Source of the DNA: Aplysia californica
Lineage: Eukaryota
DNA length: 64,000 nucleotides
NCBI RefSeq assembly: GCF_000002075.1
Contig: NW_004797418.1
Span: 427,090-491,089 of the forward strand
Reading direction: 5' to 3'
The notes beneath the pieces were generated by a model, which searched no databases, was not told where the DNA came from, and was given only the letters and a program-made list of their open reading frames with translations. Made by a program: the position numbers and the translations under genes. Positions 26,066 to 39,940 of the stretch are shown here, piece after piece (position 1 is the first letter of the stretch; each line of letters opens with the position of its first letter).

Positions 26066-26769
26066 TTAATCAGTGTTTCTGGGAAGTGCTTTCCTGCGAG
26101 TGTTTGAAGGGCATCACTGTTGGGCCTACTCCTATTTCATTCCTTACCTTTCTGTCTGTGGGCCTTATTCTCTCCCTGCATTGAATGACTGTTATTGTGT
26201 CGGTGTGTTTCTGTTTTTACTTAATTAAATAAACTGTTTGCGCTAACTGAAGTGTCTTTGGGCCATTCCCAAAGGGGGAATATTAACATGTTCTTAAGAT
26301 CTTGTGGGCGGTTGGTAGCTGATCTGGTGTGGTTTGCTCCTTTCCTATCAAGCAACTATCGTCTTTATCTCTAGTCCTTCTGTTTTATGTTTGTTACTCT
26401 TTTGTAACTCCTTTAATCTTCAGCACTTATATGACCTTAGGCCTATTGTGTTGGACGTGCCGTAAAACTCTTACTAAAACCAAACTAACATCTTATGTAC
26501 AGTGGAATTGTAAATGGGTTGATTTATCAATGTCATGCTCATACGGTGCCAGAACAATATTGGGGGAACTGCTGCTTTTTCTTTCCTTATCCTTACTTTC
26601 GTCATTTTCCCTCTACTTCTTTTGTATGTTTGTCACTCTCTTGTGAACTGCTATTTCTCGGGTGCTTTGATAGTCGAAGCAGACTTTGTGCTGTTTCCAC
26701 TGTTGGGGCTAGGGAGGTGAGAAGAGTAAGCGTGATTCCCCGTTTGGAAATCTCTGTTGACATCCACCC

Positions 26770-29700
26770 TGTTATGTTATGACTTTCTTGTTGAGTCTTG
26801 GAGATGCTGGTGGTACCCCATTTACTGGTGTTCTAGTAGATCTCGATTAGCCGATGCCGCTTCTCTCGGCTCCAGCTAGTGGGTAGTGGTAGTTTGTTTC
26901 TTCGCGCCTGGCCCGAAGTCACGTGAGGTGTCCGTTAGGCCTACGTCACAATGACTATTCTAAAGGTGCGTTCACTCCACCTGTCCAACGGTGCGCTTAC
27001 ACCAGCCCCCCCCCCCTCTTTATAATGAGGAACTAACAGCTTGAAGGGGCCAAAGCCCAAAATAACAAAACCAACTCTTACAGCGACAGCTATAACAAAA
27101 TAGTTTTCCTCCCCAAAACAACGACTGCATCTGATATATACACAAGGAAGAGAGAGTACTATAATCCAGTAATTGGCACTTGCAGGACCAAAATTGAGTC
27201 GATTGTGCCGTAAAACACCTACACAATCAATCAATCATTAAAAAGTCCTGTATTTCTCTCTGCTTGACCAGCCTTCGACTTCTAGTGACTACTGGCTTTG
27301 TCTCCGTCTCCTTCGAAAGGCTACTTGCAGGATCAATTTGAGTGATCCCTGGCTCAGTTTGAGGTTGCCTTCACGTTGGTAGATTGTTACTATCTTTGGG
27401 TATAGAAGAAGGTACTGACAGATGTTTATCCGATCTTTTTCTAATCTATTGTCGGTTCCTCCGTGTAACATGTCCAGAAGAAGTTTTGACGTTTACAGAT
27501 CTTGGAAGAACTTAAGCTTCCTCCAGCCTTGGAGTCTTAAGGCAAATCGACTGTCCTGGTTCCAACTCTGGTAGATTTTTCACTCTATGCCTACTATCAA
27601 AATTCTCCTTTGATCTTTCTTTTTATCATAGCATCTTTCCTCCGGAATTCTGTATCGTTCTGTCCTTCCTGCAAGGATGGTACTCTGATGCTGAGTTTCC
27701 GGTTCATCAGCAGTTCAGCTGGACTCTGTCCCCGGGTCAAAGGTGTGGCTATGTAATTCAAAAGGGCCAGAAGAGAGTCCTGTTCTTTCTTGAGCATGTT
27801 TTTAATTTTTTAAACTGCTCTCTTCGCTTCTCCTTTAGCCGACTGATGATGAGGGCTACTTGTAACATGTTTGAATCCATAATAGGAAGCGAAGTTACAA
27901 AACTCTGCTGAAGTACATCGCGTCCTATTGTCAGTAAGTACCGTCCTGGGAATACCCATTCTTGCAAAGATAGTCTTGAAACTGTTGAATGATAACACTC
28001 TTGGGGGTAAGAGAAGTAAGGTGTGAAATCTTAATCCTTCTGGAATAATAATCCACCACCAGCAGATAATGTTCTCCCTGTCATTCAAACAGGTCACTTC
28101 CTACTTTTTCCCAAGGGTGAACTGGTGTTGGAGTTGGTGTTAGACAATTAATGGTTGAGGAGGCTGTGTTTTTCACACTCAGGGAAGTTGCTCACCTGGG
28201 TTTCAATATCCTTAGACATTCCTGGCCACCAAATACAGGTGCGGGCTAAAACCCTACACTTGACTATACTTTGATGCCTCTTTTGGATTCTCTGAAGCAT
28301 GTCTTGCCTCAGTGATGATGGAATGACTAACCTGCATCCGTGCAAAAGAATCCCTTGCTCCACCGCCAAACAATGACGCTCTGCATAGTATAATTTTAAT
28401 CTTCCATTCGTCCTTTGAGGCCAATGGCCTTGGGTGAAATGAATAACCTTTTGGCATTCCTTGTCGCTGTTCTGTGCACGTCGAACTTCCTCCTATCTTT
28501 CATCTGATATATGGGGATCGACTGAAATATTGTACTCACTTCAAGTGTTTTCTCTTCTACTTTTTTGTTTTTGAAAGGATACCTGGATAACGAGTCTGCC
28601 GTAACTAGGTCCTTGCCAGCAGCGTATTCAATGTCGTAAGTAAATCTCGACATCCTCATCCTGAACCTCTGTATTCTTGGAGTATGGAGATCAAAGGCAT
28701 TTGCTTTCATCGGCGACAGTAGTGGTTTGTGGTCTGTCTCGATTACAAGCTTAGGGAGATTCACAACACCAAGTCATAGCCAAAGCCTCCTTTTCAATCT
28801 GTGCATACCTAGTCTCTGTATCCGTTTGAGATCTAGACGAGTAGAAAACTGGCTTCCAGCCTTCCCGGTCTTTCTGCAATAGAACTCCTCCAATTCCAAA
28901 AGAAGACGCGTCTGCAGACACCCTTTTTGGCTTGTTTGGGTTGTAATGTTGTAGTACTGGTGTAGTACTAAGTAGAACCTTTACTTCTTCAAAAACTTTC
29001 ACTTGTTCTGTCCCCCATGTCCATTCATTGTCTTTCTTAAGCACGTCTCTTGAGGGCTTTGTCGCATCTGTTGGCATAGGTACAAATTTGCCCACGTGGT
29101 TTACCTCTCCCGAAAATCTTATTAGCTCTGGGACATTTTCTGGTGCCTCAAGCCTGGTAATGGCGTCGACTTTTTCTAGGTCAATGCTGACACCGTTTGC
29201 ACTGACAATATGTTCAAGAAATTTCACTTTCTTGGTTGAAAACTCACACTTCTCATTTAGTGTAATTCCAGCTTTGTTCTTTCGATCCAAGACCAACTTC
29301 AGTCTTTCGTTGTGTTCTTTTTTTTTTTTTTATCTCTTCCTCCTACACGAACATAATCAATGTCACATATCACACCTGGTTTTCCTGCCACAATGTTTGA
29401 CATTTCTCTGTGGAATATTTCAGGATCAGAATTGATCCCAAAAGGCAGTCTTTGGTAACAAAATCTCCCTTAAGGCGCAATAAAAGTTGTTAACTCTTGA
29501 GACCTTTCGTCTAGAGGAATTTGATGCAATGATTTGTTACAATCCAGCTTCCTGAAAACTGTAGCTCCTTTCAACCGTGCCAGTTACTGGTTAGTAGTAG
29601 GAAGAGGGGAAGAGGGTAGTTCTCTCTTTTAACACTTTCATTCAGTTTAGTGAAATCGCACCACAGTCAGACTTTTCCCGATGGCTTAAGAATAGCTATT

Positions 29701-30445
29701 ATAGGAGCATACCAATTAGTAGGTTTGGTAACAGGTCTGGTGATTCCTTTTTCCTGTAGAGACTTTAGTTCTTCTTCAACTTTATCTTTTAGTGGAAGAG
29801 GCAGCCTTCTAGGGCAGGTAAGGTTAAATGACTTTGCATAGTCTTTCAACTCAATGGTATATTCATTGCTTGTTTTTCCTAAGCCTAGGAAAGGACAAGT
29901 ATACTCCAGTTTTGGGTCAAATTTAGCTTCTGATAATCCATTAAAACCTCCACTACTTTAATTGCTTCAATGGAAGGTCTGCCTAACAGCCGTTTCTCAG
30001 TCCCTTGATAACATATAAGTCTTGTTCGGACTTACAATTTTTCTTTTCCAGGGTTGTTGGAAATACACCGATTACATCTAGTTTTGAACCTCTTGGTCCA
30101 TAGAGTTTCTTGTCAGTTTGTTTTAGCACTTTTGTGTCTCTAAAATATTTGTCTGAGACTACAGACACATCTGCTCCTGTGTCTATACGAAATGTCATTT
30201 TCTGTCTGTTGAGTAATATATCTAGGTGCCAACTATTCACTGAATTGATTTCCTGTATTGAACCTAGGACTGTTGTGGTATTATTACCATGATGATGGTC
30301 TGAATCTTCTACTCGTCTCACTTCTTTTGTTCTGCACTGCGAAGCATAATGTCCTATCTTTTTACATTTGTTTCACTCAACTCTTAATGCAGGACAATCT
30401 TGGTTACATGTATTTTTATGTGAATCATATCCACACATTGTGCAT
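26770..30445 (-). mobile_element. Decayed Ty3/Gypsy (Mag-like) LTR retrotransposon, 5'-truncated, with PPT and 3' LTR
   Basis: Order on minus strand: gag knuckle, protease (DTGA), RT, RNase H (SADASSFGIGGVLLQ, YAQIEKEALA, ETDHKPL), integrase (WWPGM, TVLTDN). Many frameshifts. Polypurine tract at about 27002-27020 on the minus strand, then a TG..CA bounded LTR candidate at about 26770-27001. No 5' LTR seen. Confidence 0.88.
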
Positions 30446-31189
30446 TTTCTTTTTGAACGGAAATCGTTTCCAAAAGAAAAGAAGAAGCAGTTTTAAAGTG
30501 ATAAAAGGTTACAATATCCAAAGGATAGAAAACAACAGTCCTCATTTCCTGCTCTCTAGCAATGTTCTGTCGTCTGCTTTCGTCTCCTCTTTCTGCCCTC
30601 CACCCCCTCACCTCCTTTGCCCCTTCCTCTAGGCTCCTGATTCGCCGGCCGGGAAAAACAAACATTACAGCAGGATATAATTCATTATTCTTTAATATAT
30701 CCCTATCTATCGTTCAATTCATCTATTGATACCTTGATGATGATGGATACCTTGCGGGCTTTGGTGCTGGGGGGAACTGAGCACTTATGGACCTGTCCGG
30801 TGTGCAATGACGTTGTTGCCCAGGACAGGTAATACAGGTATTCATCTATTGTAACATAGCCAAAGCGCAACAAGTTTTCCAGAATCAGCTGGTTGGGAAT
30901 TGTGTAAGTATACATTATATGTGTACGTTACACTATTAAACAACAGCAAAAGACCCCCCCTCCCCCAAGAAAAAAGGGTATTTGTTGTTATTTTTTCTTA
31001 AATAGACAAAGAAAAATACCGATGTAAGCATATCACCTTAAAAACCAAGTAAAAGTAAACAAATTAGGACGTTTGTGTTGATATTTGTAGTTATTTTGAT
31101 ATCAGTTGTTATTTGTTGCTATCAGTTGTTATCAGTTGTTATTTGTTGTTATCTCGACAAAGATAAATACCGGTTAAATAACGTCTAAA

Positions 31190-34135
31190 AAACTGAACTG
31201 AGTGCTCACTGTGGGCCCAACGCTTCATACTCTGATTATATGCTGATTGGTATGCGGCACGTCTAATGTGCTGAACAAGGGCTGCACAAGTTGGTGGAAT
31301 AGCTTCATAGAATTTGTGCTGTATGGAAAAGATCTCCAGTCGTGCATCATCAACAGCTTCAGGACACACATCCCATGTCTGCCATGCTGCCCTTTTGCCC
31401 TTTCAACAGAATGCAGACACAATATCACAGCCTGTAAAGGCATGGAAGAGCACAATACCACTGCTCCTCTCTGGGGTGAGGGTTGTGGTGAGCTCATGCA
31501 CGGAGATTCCCTTCAGATTTCGTCCTTGCCCAAAAGCTAGCCACATTTCCTGGAGTCCCAGTTACTGTAATTGTGAGAAAGTGACAACAGCAATCACAAG
31601 AACATCTATGTCATTGGCTTTTACCATGACTGTTTCGGAGCCCCCCTTTACAGTATCCAATGTTGGAAGATTCTTCTTGTACTTGTATCAGCTTCCTCGT
31701 GATTTCAGTGTAACCTTGTTATCCAGTATGGCTGCTAGCTGTGACTTCTGGCGGACATGCAGCATTCCTTCATGACTCAGAGATGCTGGACATGGCTGAT
31801 ACTTGAGACAGAAGAACTCATGTAGATCGCATTCTCTGTTCAGATAGGAAATGAATAATTTTGAGAAAAGCTGGCTTTTGAATGGCAATTGCTGAAAGAA
31901 GTCAATTTTTGCCTTCATTATTGCGCATAGAACGAGCTTGTATCTTTATGCTTTAGTGTCTCTAAGTGCGCCTCAAAAGATGAATTCCCAGTTGAAGGGT
32001 GAGTAGCAATCTTATTAGCACTACAAGGGGATGCTCTATCCTTGGTGTTCAGACTGAGTAGATTTCCAGATTCTTCTTGAAATTGATTGCCCATGTCCTC
32101 CAGCGTGCTTGTCAACCTTTGGACCCTTTCCAGGAAGCTTCTCTGGCAGGTGGGCGTCTGTTCCTGATGTTTCGTCTGCTCTGAGACATTCCTCAATATT
32201 GACGCCTCCTCATACTGTGCAACAAGCTGTGACAGCAGAGCCGGCACCCACCCATCTTCTCAGTGTTGATGGATCTTCAGTGATTCCGACTGCTCCTCCA
32301 TCACCTTTAATCACTGCATTGGCTTGTTCATGTGCTTGGTCAACTGCCATTCCTGAGAAATCTCTGTTGGATTTGTGAACTACAAATTTCCCAGCATGAA
32401 ATCTCCAAAGTCAGCATATCTATCAGGTGCATAGGAAGCCACCATGCATAGTTCACGTTGTTGTTTGCAAATAAATATGGTATAAGCTGACATAAGGCCT
32501 GACGGTAGAGACTGAAGTTGGAAGTTCTCAAGGACCTGATGAATAGCAGAACAACTAACCTCATTGTCAGCACAATGTTCCTGTAACAGAACTGTGGGCT
32601 CTGTAGTTTGCGATGTTCACATCCGTCTTCAAAACTTCGGGTCAGCCCATTCTTCTACATAGTAGGTTGATTTCAAGAACTGGTAGGGACTGCACGTTGT
32701 TACTTGGTGGGTTTGGCGGGTCTTGCTGAGACATGCAGCTGATAGGAAAGAATCTGCTGAGCCAGATGAAGCTGCCCCCGCCTCAGTTAGAGCTCCTGTC
32801 CATCCACTGTCTTGAAAGAGTGAACCGAGTGAACGTAGCACATTTATCTCAATATGCAATCCTCCAAACATGATGACAAATTGACTCTCGCCATAATCTT
32901 TAGGCCACTGCCACAGGATCTGTTCGGCTGTGGCATATATCGGCTGATCTGCTGTGATCACAGGCACTTGTCCGTGGTTAAGAAACCTCACTGCATCCCT
33001 AATCTTGTCCACGACATGTCTTAGTGTAGCTGCAGAGCGGACTTGGTGTCTCAGCAGAGGGAGCATAGTGGATATACATTGTACAAGCTTTGAATGCAGG
33101 ACCCCTCTTCTTGTCTGCGTAATGGGAAGACCATGAGATATTTACATTGTCATGGACCTCGGTGATGAAGACTTTCTGGGCCATTCATGCTCCAGTCAGC
33201 TGTGGTTTCAAAATCTCCATGAGTCTGGTAGAGTCATGTTAGTCACTTCAGGAGGATATGGACTCTTATTGGTGAAATGGGCAGGTTTGATGTGCGCTAT
33301 AAAATCTGGAATTTCTGGGACTGTCTTCACCATGTCACCCTTTACTTGCAATTTCTGCAGCTGTTCTCCCTCATTCTCAGAGGTGGGGTGCTGGAACAGC
33401 GATAAACTTATACCATGGAAAGATGTCGTTGATGTTGTAGCAGATGGAGTGTGGTCTATGTTGTCTGTGGCCGAAGGGGTGAACAGTCCTCTTCGCAGCT
33501 CCAGGAGAGGGGGTGGGGGGGGGGGGGGAGGGGGGCAGATGACTCCATTTCTGATGTACTAAAACACAACAGCATCCCCCCCCCCCCCCCCAGCTCGGCG
33601 GACATCTCCATCACTCGATCATAGGATACGTTTAATCCATTTGCCTGGAGCATTTGTGTGAGCTTCTTCGTCCTGGTCTTTGCAAACACTGACAGACCAA
33701 TGTAGAGGGGAAATGGAGTCTCTCGATCCTTTGAGTGTCTGTGGTTAGTGGCACCATCTTTGAATCTATCGTAGCAGTTTAAAATCACTTCAATTGTTAT
33801 AACATGTTAAAAAACATATTAAGGTGGTGATTATCGTGTGTGGTGATTATCGTGTAAGCATATGCAAATTTGGATTCTTCATGGTCGATTACATACATAT
33901 ATTTTGACACCAAAATCATATAATTTGCTCTTCTGCCTCATGTTGTGTGACATTTTAGGGTTGCGCATACCGGCAATGGCGGCCATGTTGAAGATGGCAG
34001 CCATTTTGAAAAAAAAATGCGTGGTAAACGTTCGATTTATGAATACGCATGTCATTGCGGATACGTGTGCCAATTTTGGTGCTTGTATGACGATGTGAAT
34101 GATTCGGCCGATTTTTGCAATCAGCTGCCCCACTA
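31190..34135 (-). mobile_element. Decayed Academ (AcademX) DNA transposon, duplicate copy
   Basis: Duplicate of 1395-4346. ORFs 32629..33066, 32340..32573, 31918..32247; terminus ccccacta ends at 34135. Confidence 0.7.
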
Positions 34136-34887
34136 TTATGAAGGCCTATATTTTGTTGCGAGGGACTGTAATCAAGAGGGCCACGGGCAGACAGCGTGAC
34201 GGCACTGGTTCTTCGCCTTGCCAGATTGTCCGCTCAGCACCCCAAAGTGGGCACTCTCAGTCTCAACCCCGTCGGTTCGTTTACGTGGGTGACGTCACAG
34301 TCGCGAGCTCTCGACTAGCCTAGTATTTAATTTGTAACCTCTTTGGGGAGGCCAAAGAGAGACTGGACTGCCACACAGATTCAGTAGGCGGTGGTCCTGG
34401 CGAGAATTCATTTGTTGGGGTTGCAGAGAGGCACAACACAAAATTACTAGCCTTGTTCATGTTGTTGTTGTTGTCGTTGTTATCGATCCAGCAACAGCTG
34501 GGCCCTCGCCGTTATGTCCAATGCCATGTACTGATAAGTGTAGGTTTGCTGCAGTAAAAGCCCGGCTCGTAAGTCCGTTTCCGTTGATTGCCCTCCATGA
34601 AATAATAAATAGAAAGGTGGCTGCACTTGTGGGCACCAACCCGTGTCTCGCACAAGCCCTCCCTTTTTGCAGAACTATGGCCAAGCTGAGCCGCTTACTG
34701 CTAGACTCTCGCACTGAAAGATATTAAATCTACATTCTAGTATTGAGCCACATATTAAGTTAGTGAGTAAAACAAATAATGCTCTAGATCTATATCTCCT
34801 AGTTACATGTGTTAGTCAGGAGCAACTCATTATCATTATTACCTTTATTTTAAGAGAGAATGACAATGATCGCTTCAACAATAAACC

Positions 34888-34944
<57 letters not shown>

Positions 34945-37540
34945 CCAAAATGCTAAGCCGGTACATGCGATAGTTTACCTGGCAACTAGCATGCTGTGAA
35001 GTTTGGTTGCCACTTTGTGAACAAAGAAAGTTCAAACAAGACGCAGTGACGTGACTCGTGACAGTCTGTTTCTGCTCCGGCGTGTTTATAAGACGGTAAA
35101 CGTACACGTATTTTGATTGAATTGATCAGAAATATATTGCCTACAAACGAGTATCAAGATTCACAAGGTGAGTAAAATAGTCATTTTTTATGTTATGGTC
35201 AGTTGACATTTAATAAAAATCGATGACATTTGTCTTTTCGAATTCTTTCAAATCTTTTAATTCTACTGAGTCTACCACGCGGAGTGAAAGAGAAGGAAGA
35301 AAGTAAGTTCACACGTTGTTTACTTTTTTAAAAACACTTTCATTAGCTGTGCAGAAGAAGGAGAGTGTAACCAACTGCTTTGTGTAAAAGCAACCCATTT
35401 TCTAAAGTATAAACGTGTCATTTTTATTAACAAATCCAGTCGCTTACTTTGTCCTCTCCCTCCGCCCGAGAAAAACAAACAACATTACTTGATATTAATT
35501 ATCTCTTTGTCTATCGTTCATTTAAAGTCCACGTTTAAGTACACTTGTTTCCCAAGATCAGTCAGTAGGTGCGGTAATGTATGTTACATGACTAAACAAC
35601 AACATTTTAAAAACAGAAATCACTAAGTACTCTCTGTGAGCTCAACGATTCACACTCTATGAAGACCCATAGAGGGGTCGCGAAGGACGCACGTGATAAT
35701 GGCCCTGATTGTTGCCTCATTGGCAATATGGCCGCCCTTATTCGTGTTATACTGCTCTCTCTATAACCTACAAACGAGTGTATCAGTCAAGATTAAGAAG
35801 GTGAGAAAGAAATTTTTTAAAATATACGTTCAGTTGATATTCAATAATTGTAATTAGATCTATTGATTTTGTGCATTCAAAGCTTCAACTTCTTACTTCT
35901 TCTGAGTCTACCATAACGGAAAAGAGAGGTACACGTGGTGTTCACCTTTCTTAAATACACTTTAGCTGTATATCAAATACTCTGGATCTTGGGAAGGGAT
36001 TACAAAATTACAGTTTCTATCAAAAGGAAACTTTCTTTTGTAGACATCTTATAGATCTAGATCCAGGTAGTTTAGCCTAATCTGTTTTCGTTAAAAAAAA
36101 GGGGTATTTTTTTACTTTCCCTCCCGTCTCACACTCAGCTACCAGTTGTCTATTTTCTACTAAATATTGATGCGCTGAACACGAATATCAACTTCATTTC
36201 CGTCGCAAATCAATGTTTTTTTTAGAAATATTTGATTGTTTTTAACCGAGATAGACATGCTTTGGACCAATCGGGGGTTTCCAGGGGGGCCTGCCCCACT
36301 GGGGTAAAAGAAAATCTGGGGGGTTACAGGGGGGCATGCCCCCCTGTTTTTACACCCATAATTTGATATTTTACAGTTAGATTTGAAATTGTCTTGAAAA
36401 TAATTGATTTGCGACAGTTTTAGTGGCTTTATGTGTGATCTGCAGCAAACAGTACAGCAGTTTGACCCCTGAAACAGTGCATCTGTGTGCGGGAGTGAAA
36501 GTAAAAATTTACCCCAAAAAATAATAAAGACAATTTAATCCTCTTTCTGCATTAGTAGAAGTAGAATCTAATCAATATTGTGTAAAAACAAGCCATTCTG
36601 TAAGGTACAAAAGTGTCTTTTTTATCGACAAACTCAGTAANNNNNNNNNNNNNNNNNNNNNNNNNNNNNNNNNNNNNNNNNNNNNNNNNNNNNNNNNNNN
36701 NNNNNNNNNNNNNNNNNNNNNNNNNNNNNNNNNNNNNNNNNNNNNNNNNNNNNNNNNNNNNNNNNNNNNNNNNNNNNNNNNNNNNNNNNNNNNNNNNNNN
36801 NNNNNNNNNNNNNNNNNNNNNNNNNNNNNNNNNNNNNNNNNNNNNNNNNNNNNNNNNNNNNNNNNNNNNNNNNNNNNNNNNNNNNNNNNNNNNNNNNNNN
36901 NNNNNNNNNNNNNNNNNNNNNNNNNNNNNNNNNTGAGGACTATACATGTGATAAGTTTTCCAAAATCAGCAAGTGCTGAATAATAATTGCGTAGGCATAT
37001 ATGATTAAACAATAGAAGATAAAAAATCATAACTGAGCGCTCACACTTGCGGGATCTACTCTTCACGCTCTATGATTATGAAAGCCTGCACTTCGTTGCG
37101 AGGGACGCGCTGGTTCTCGATTTACCGGATTGGCCACTCAGCGCCCCGAAGTGGGCACACTGAACCCTATTTTACATGAATCGTGGGTGGCGTCGGAATC
37201 TTGATTGATTTTCATACTAAAAATTTAAATCAAGAATGGGAGAAAAACAGCCTTGTATTAAATCGGCTCAAGGTTCTCTGCGTCCTAGGCTTCCTCGGGG
37301 GCAACTGAAAGTATGGCAGTAATCGTTTCAGGGGAAAAAAAGATACTTTACTCGGTACATGCGTTAAAAAAAGTTTTCCTGGCAACCAGCGGTCATGCCG
37401 GGAAGTTTGATTGTCATTTCGTAAACACAGACAGCTGAAAGCTTTCTCAGTGTTTATTTAATCGGATGATCAACGTATTTCGATAAAAAATCAATCAGAA
37501 ATATTGTTTACAAACGATTGTCAAAGTTCAGACGGTGAGG
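34136..37540 (+). promoter_or_regulatory. Promoter/first-exon-like modules upstream of PRR11-like copy B
   Basis: X-box at 34973 and 37373; GTGAG donors at 35168, 35801 (module lacks its X-box through deletion) and 37535; CRE at 34290-34297. Confidence 0.55.
36101..36515. mobile_element. About 410-bp MITE (GGGTA..TACCC TIR), insertion specific to copy B
   Basis: TIR gggtatttttttactttccctcccg / cgggagtgaaagtaaaaatttaccc. Empty A-rich site in copy A (about 7675 and about 11305). A second copy lies in the opposite orientation at 58221-58626. Confidence 0.85.
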
Positions 37541-38349
37541 AAATAATCTACAATGTTTTTAAAAAAAATTAATACTTGCAGTGGCACTTGGCGTTTGATA
37601 ATAATATTTCTCAGTCAGTTTGTAAGTGGGCCCGCCCGTCATGCCTTGTGTCGTTACCACAGAATTCTGTGGTCGTTACACGGTTACTAGATCTAGTTAG
37701 AATATACGTGTGTTCTGTGTAGTCTGTGTCTTTTTGTAATGGGATGGTATAACATGGCTTTAATATTATAGATATATATGGCTGTTTCCTCACTTTGAAG
37801 CAGGAACCACTTCTTCAGGAACTCAGACTTGTTTCTTCTTTGGCTAATTATTGATTTTTAGCAGAGAACAGGAAGCTTTTACAGCGATTTTGTAGTTTCG
37901 TTAATTAAGTCAAGATGGGGGTTTCTGGGGGGCTAATGAAAATACGGAGGTTTGGGGGGGGGGGGGGGGTCGGGGCATGCCCCTCTTAATTTTATCCTAA
38001 TTTGATGTTTTGAAGTTAGGTTGCATCCATGCTCTTGTGGAGCCTATTTGGTCATCAAGACTTCTGGATTTCTTCTCTGGATGTAAACAAATGGATCATG
38101 GACTTGACTTTAACGAACGGAAGTACAAGATCACCCCGCTTTTACTTCCTCGATGAAAGGCAAATAGTCTATACATTGATTGTATAATAGATATGCTTAC
38201 ACCATGGGTGCTTGATTGGATTGTTTTAGTTATAGTAGTATCTTGGGCTTGGGTATTTTTTCGATTTGCTTTTATAATGGACTCCTCTCGCGCTTAGATT
38301 CTCAAGCACTTTATGTGCACTTTTAATTTTTACCTTCTTTAGGCTGAGA

Positions 38350-38738
38350 CCCTAGCCTACATGGATTTTGACATCATAGTAGTGTCTCGCTAATTATTTA
38401 AGTTTATAGAGATGTATGGGCATATCGTTCATGATAGATATGATAATTTTATATATATATATATTATTATAAAATCAAATGGGACCATTAGTTTGTAATT
38501 TTACTTGTTTTTAGCAATATATGGGTGATTTCAGATGGGCATGCCCTAGCCTACATGGATTTTGACATCATAGTAGTGTCTATACCGCTAATTATTTAAG
38601 TTTATAGAGATGTATGGGCATTCATTCATGATATGATATATATATATATTATTATAAAATCAAATGGGACAATTAGTTTGTAATAATTTACTTGTTTTAG
38701 CAATATATATGGGTGATTTCAGATGGGCATGCCCCTAG
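38350..38738. repeat. Local tandem duplication, 2 x about 190 bp
   Basis: ccctagcctacatggattttgacatc... starts at 38350 and 38544; ccctag microhomology recurs at 38733. Confidence 0.85.
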
Positions 38739-39689
38739 ATGCATTTCACTTTATGTTTTGCAATAGGTTTGTTATTTTCTTAAGATCAATTCAAGGGTTT
38801 TAATGGCCGATATGTGTGTTCCACAGTCAATATTAATATCATTATGTAGTGCATAATGTGCGCGCTGGTCTAAAAGTAACAATTTACGTTAGCATGTTCA
38901 GCACATGATAGCGCATGCCAGACTTCACGTCACAGAAGTGTTGTGTGCGAGCCAAATTAATTAAATTTTATAGTTTTTCCAGCCTTTCCATTTCCTTTTT
39001 TAAATGGTAAACGTTTGCCAGCTAAAAGGTTTTTCCTGGCTGGAAGAATTTCAGATGATCTTTTTTTTTGCCTGACTTGCATCACAACTGTTCAATAACA
39101 CAACAGGCATCGAAAACAATATTCAGCTCTTATTTTTGTCCACTTCAGTTGTTTAGCCAACTACTTCATCTTCATCTTGGACTTCCAAAGGACTTTTAAG
39201 GAATGTATGCAGAAATACTCTACTCAAATTACATAGACTGCTGCAAATGTTTGATGTTCTTTTAGCTTTCCCTGTAGCTGGACGTTGCTTCTTGGACTTT
39301 TCTACAATAAATCAGCTTGCTATTCTGCTTAAAGTGCTGTTTTGATCCCAAGCCAAGTTTCAATGTCCAGTTCCTACCGTCTTAACGTCTTAACTAATTG
39401 GTCCTCCCCTTTGCCTGACCTCTTCTAGAATAGGATTCTCAAGTGAATTATAATGTCAGACTGTGAGTGAAAAAAAACCTGCTGAGAATTCATGAACATT
39501 GTGGCAGCTTGTTACCTTTTGGAGGTCTGCTGACTTTATTAGATTTTCCGTGCTCTTTCGTGTACTCCTGTCATGCTTCGGAGTATACCTTCTCATGTTT
39601 AATGAATGCAGAGACATTACACACCATTCCACAAGTACAATTTGATCAGTACAGTTTTATTTTTGAAGATGCTTCACATTGTTCCTGAC

Positions 39690-39940
39690 TTTCTTCCATG
39701 ATTGTCCAGCTTTCACAGCCACTCATAGATTCGAATTGTTGACTTCACGTGGTACTGATAGCCTTTCAGAACTTTCATTTTAGTAGCCTCTGAGTCTATT
39801 TTTCAGGATTTGACTTGATTTTATTGAAACTATTTTTAGCCATAGCATTTCTCCATTTCATATCTGTGGAATATTCTAGGCATCTGGTGTTATTATGATA
39901 TCCTAGATATTTTAACTTTTGAAGCTGTTTGATCTTTTTA
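39690..39940 (-). mobile_element. Highly decayed RTE-like LINE fragment (absent from copy A)
   Basis: Minus strand reads GCESWTI and a KYLG-like region; many stops. Confidence 0.4.

Noticed and set aside
36552-37066. ORFs containing X runs (also near 7.8, 8.6, 11.5, 50.3, 50.7 and 52.5 kb)
   Set aside because: Artefacts of reading through N gaps.
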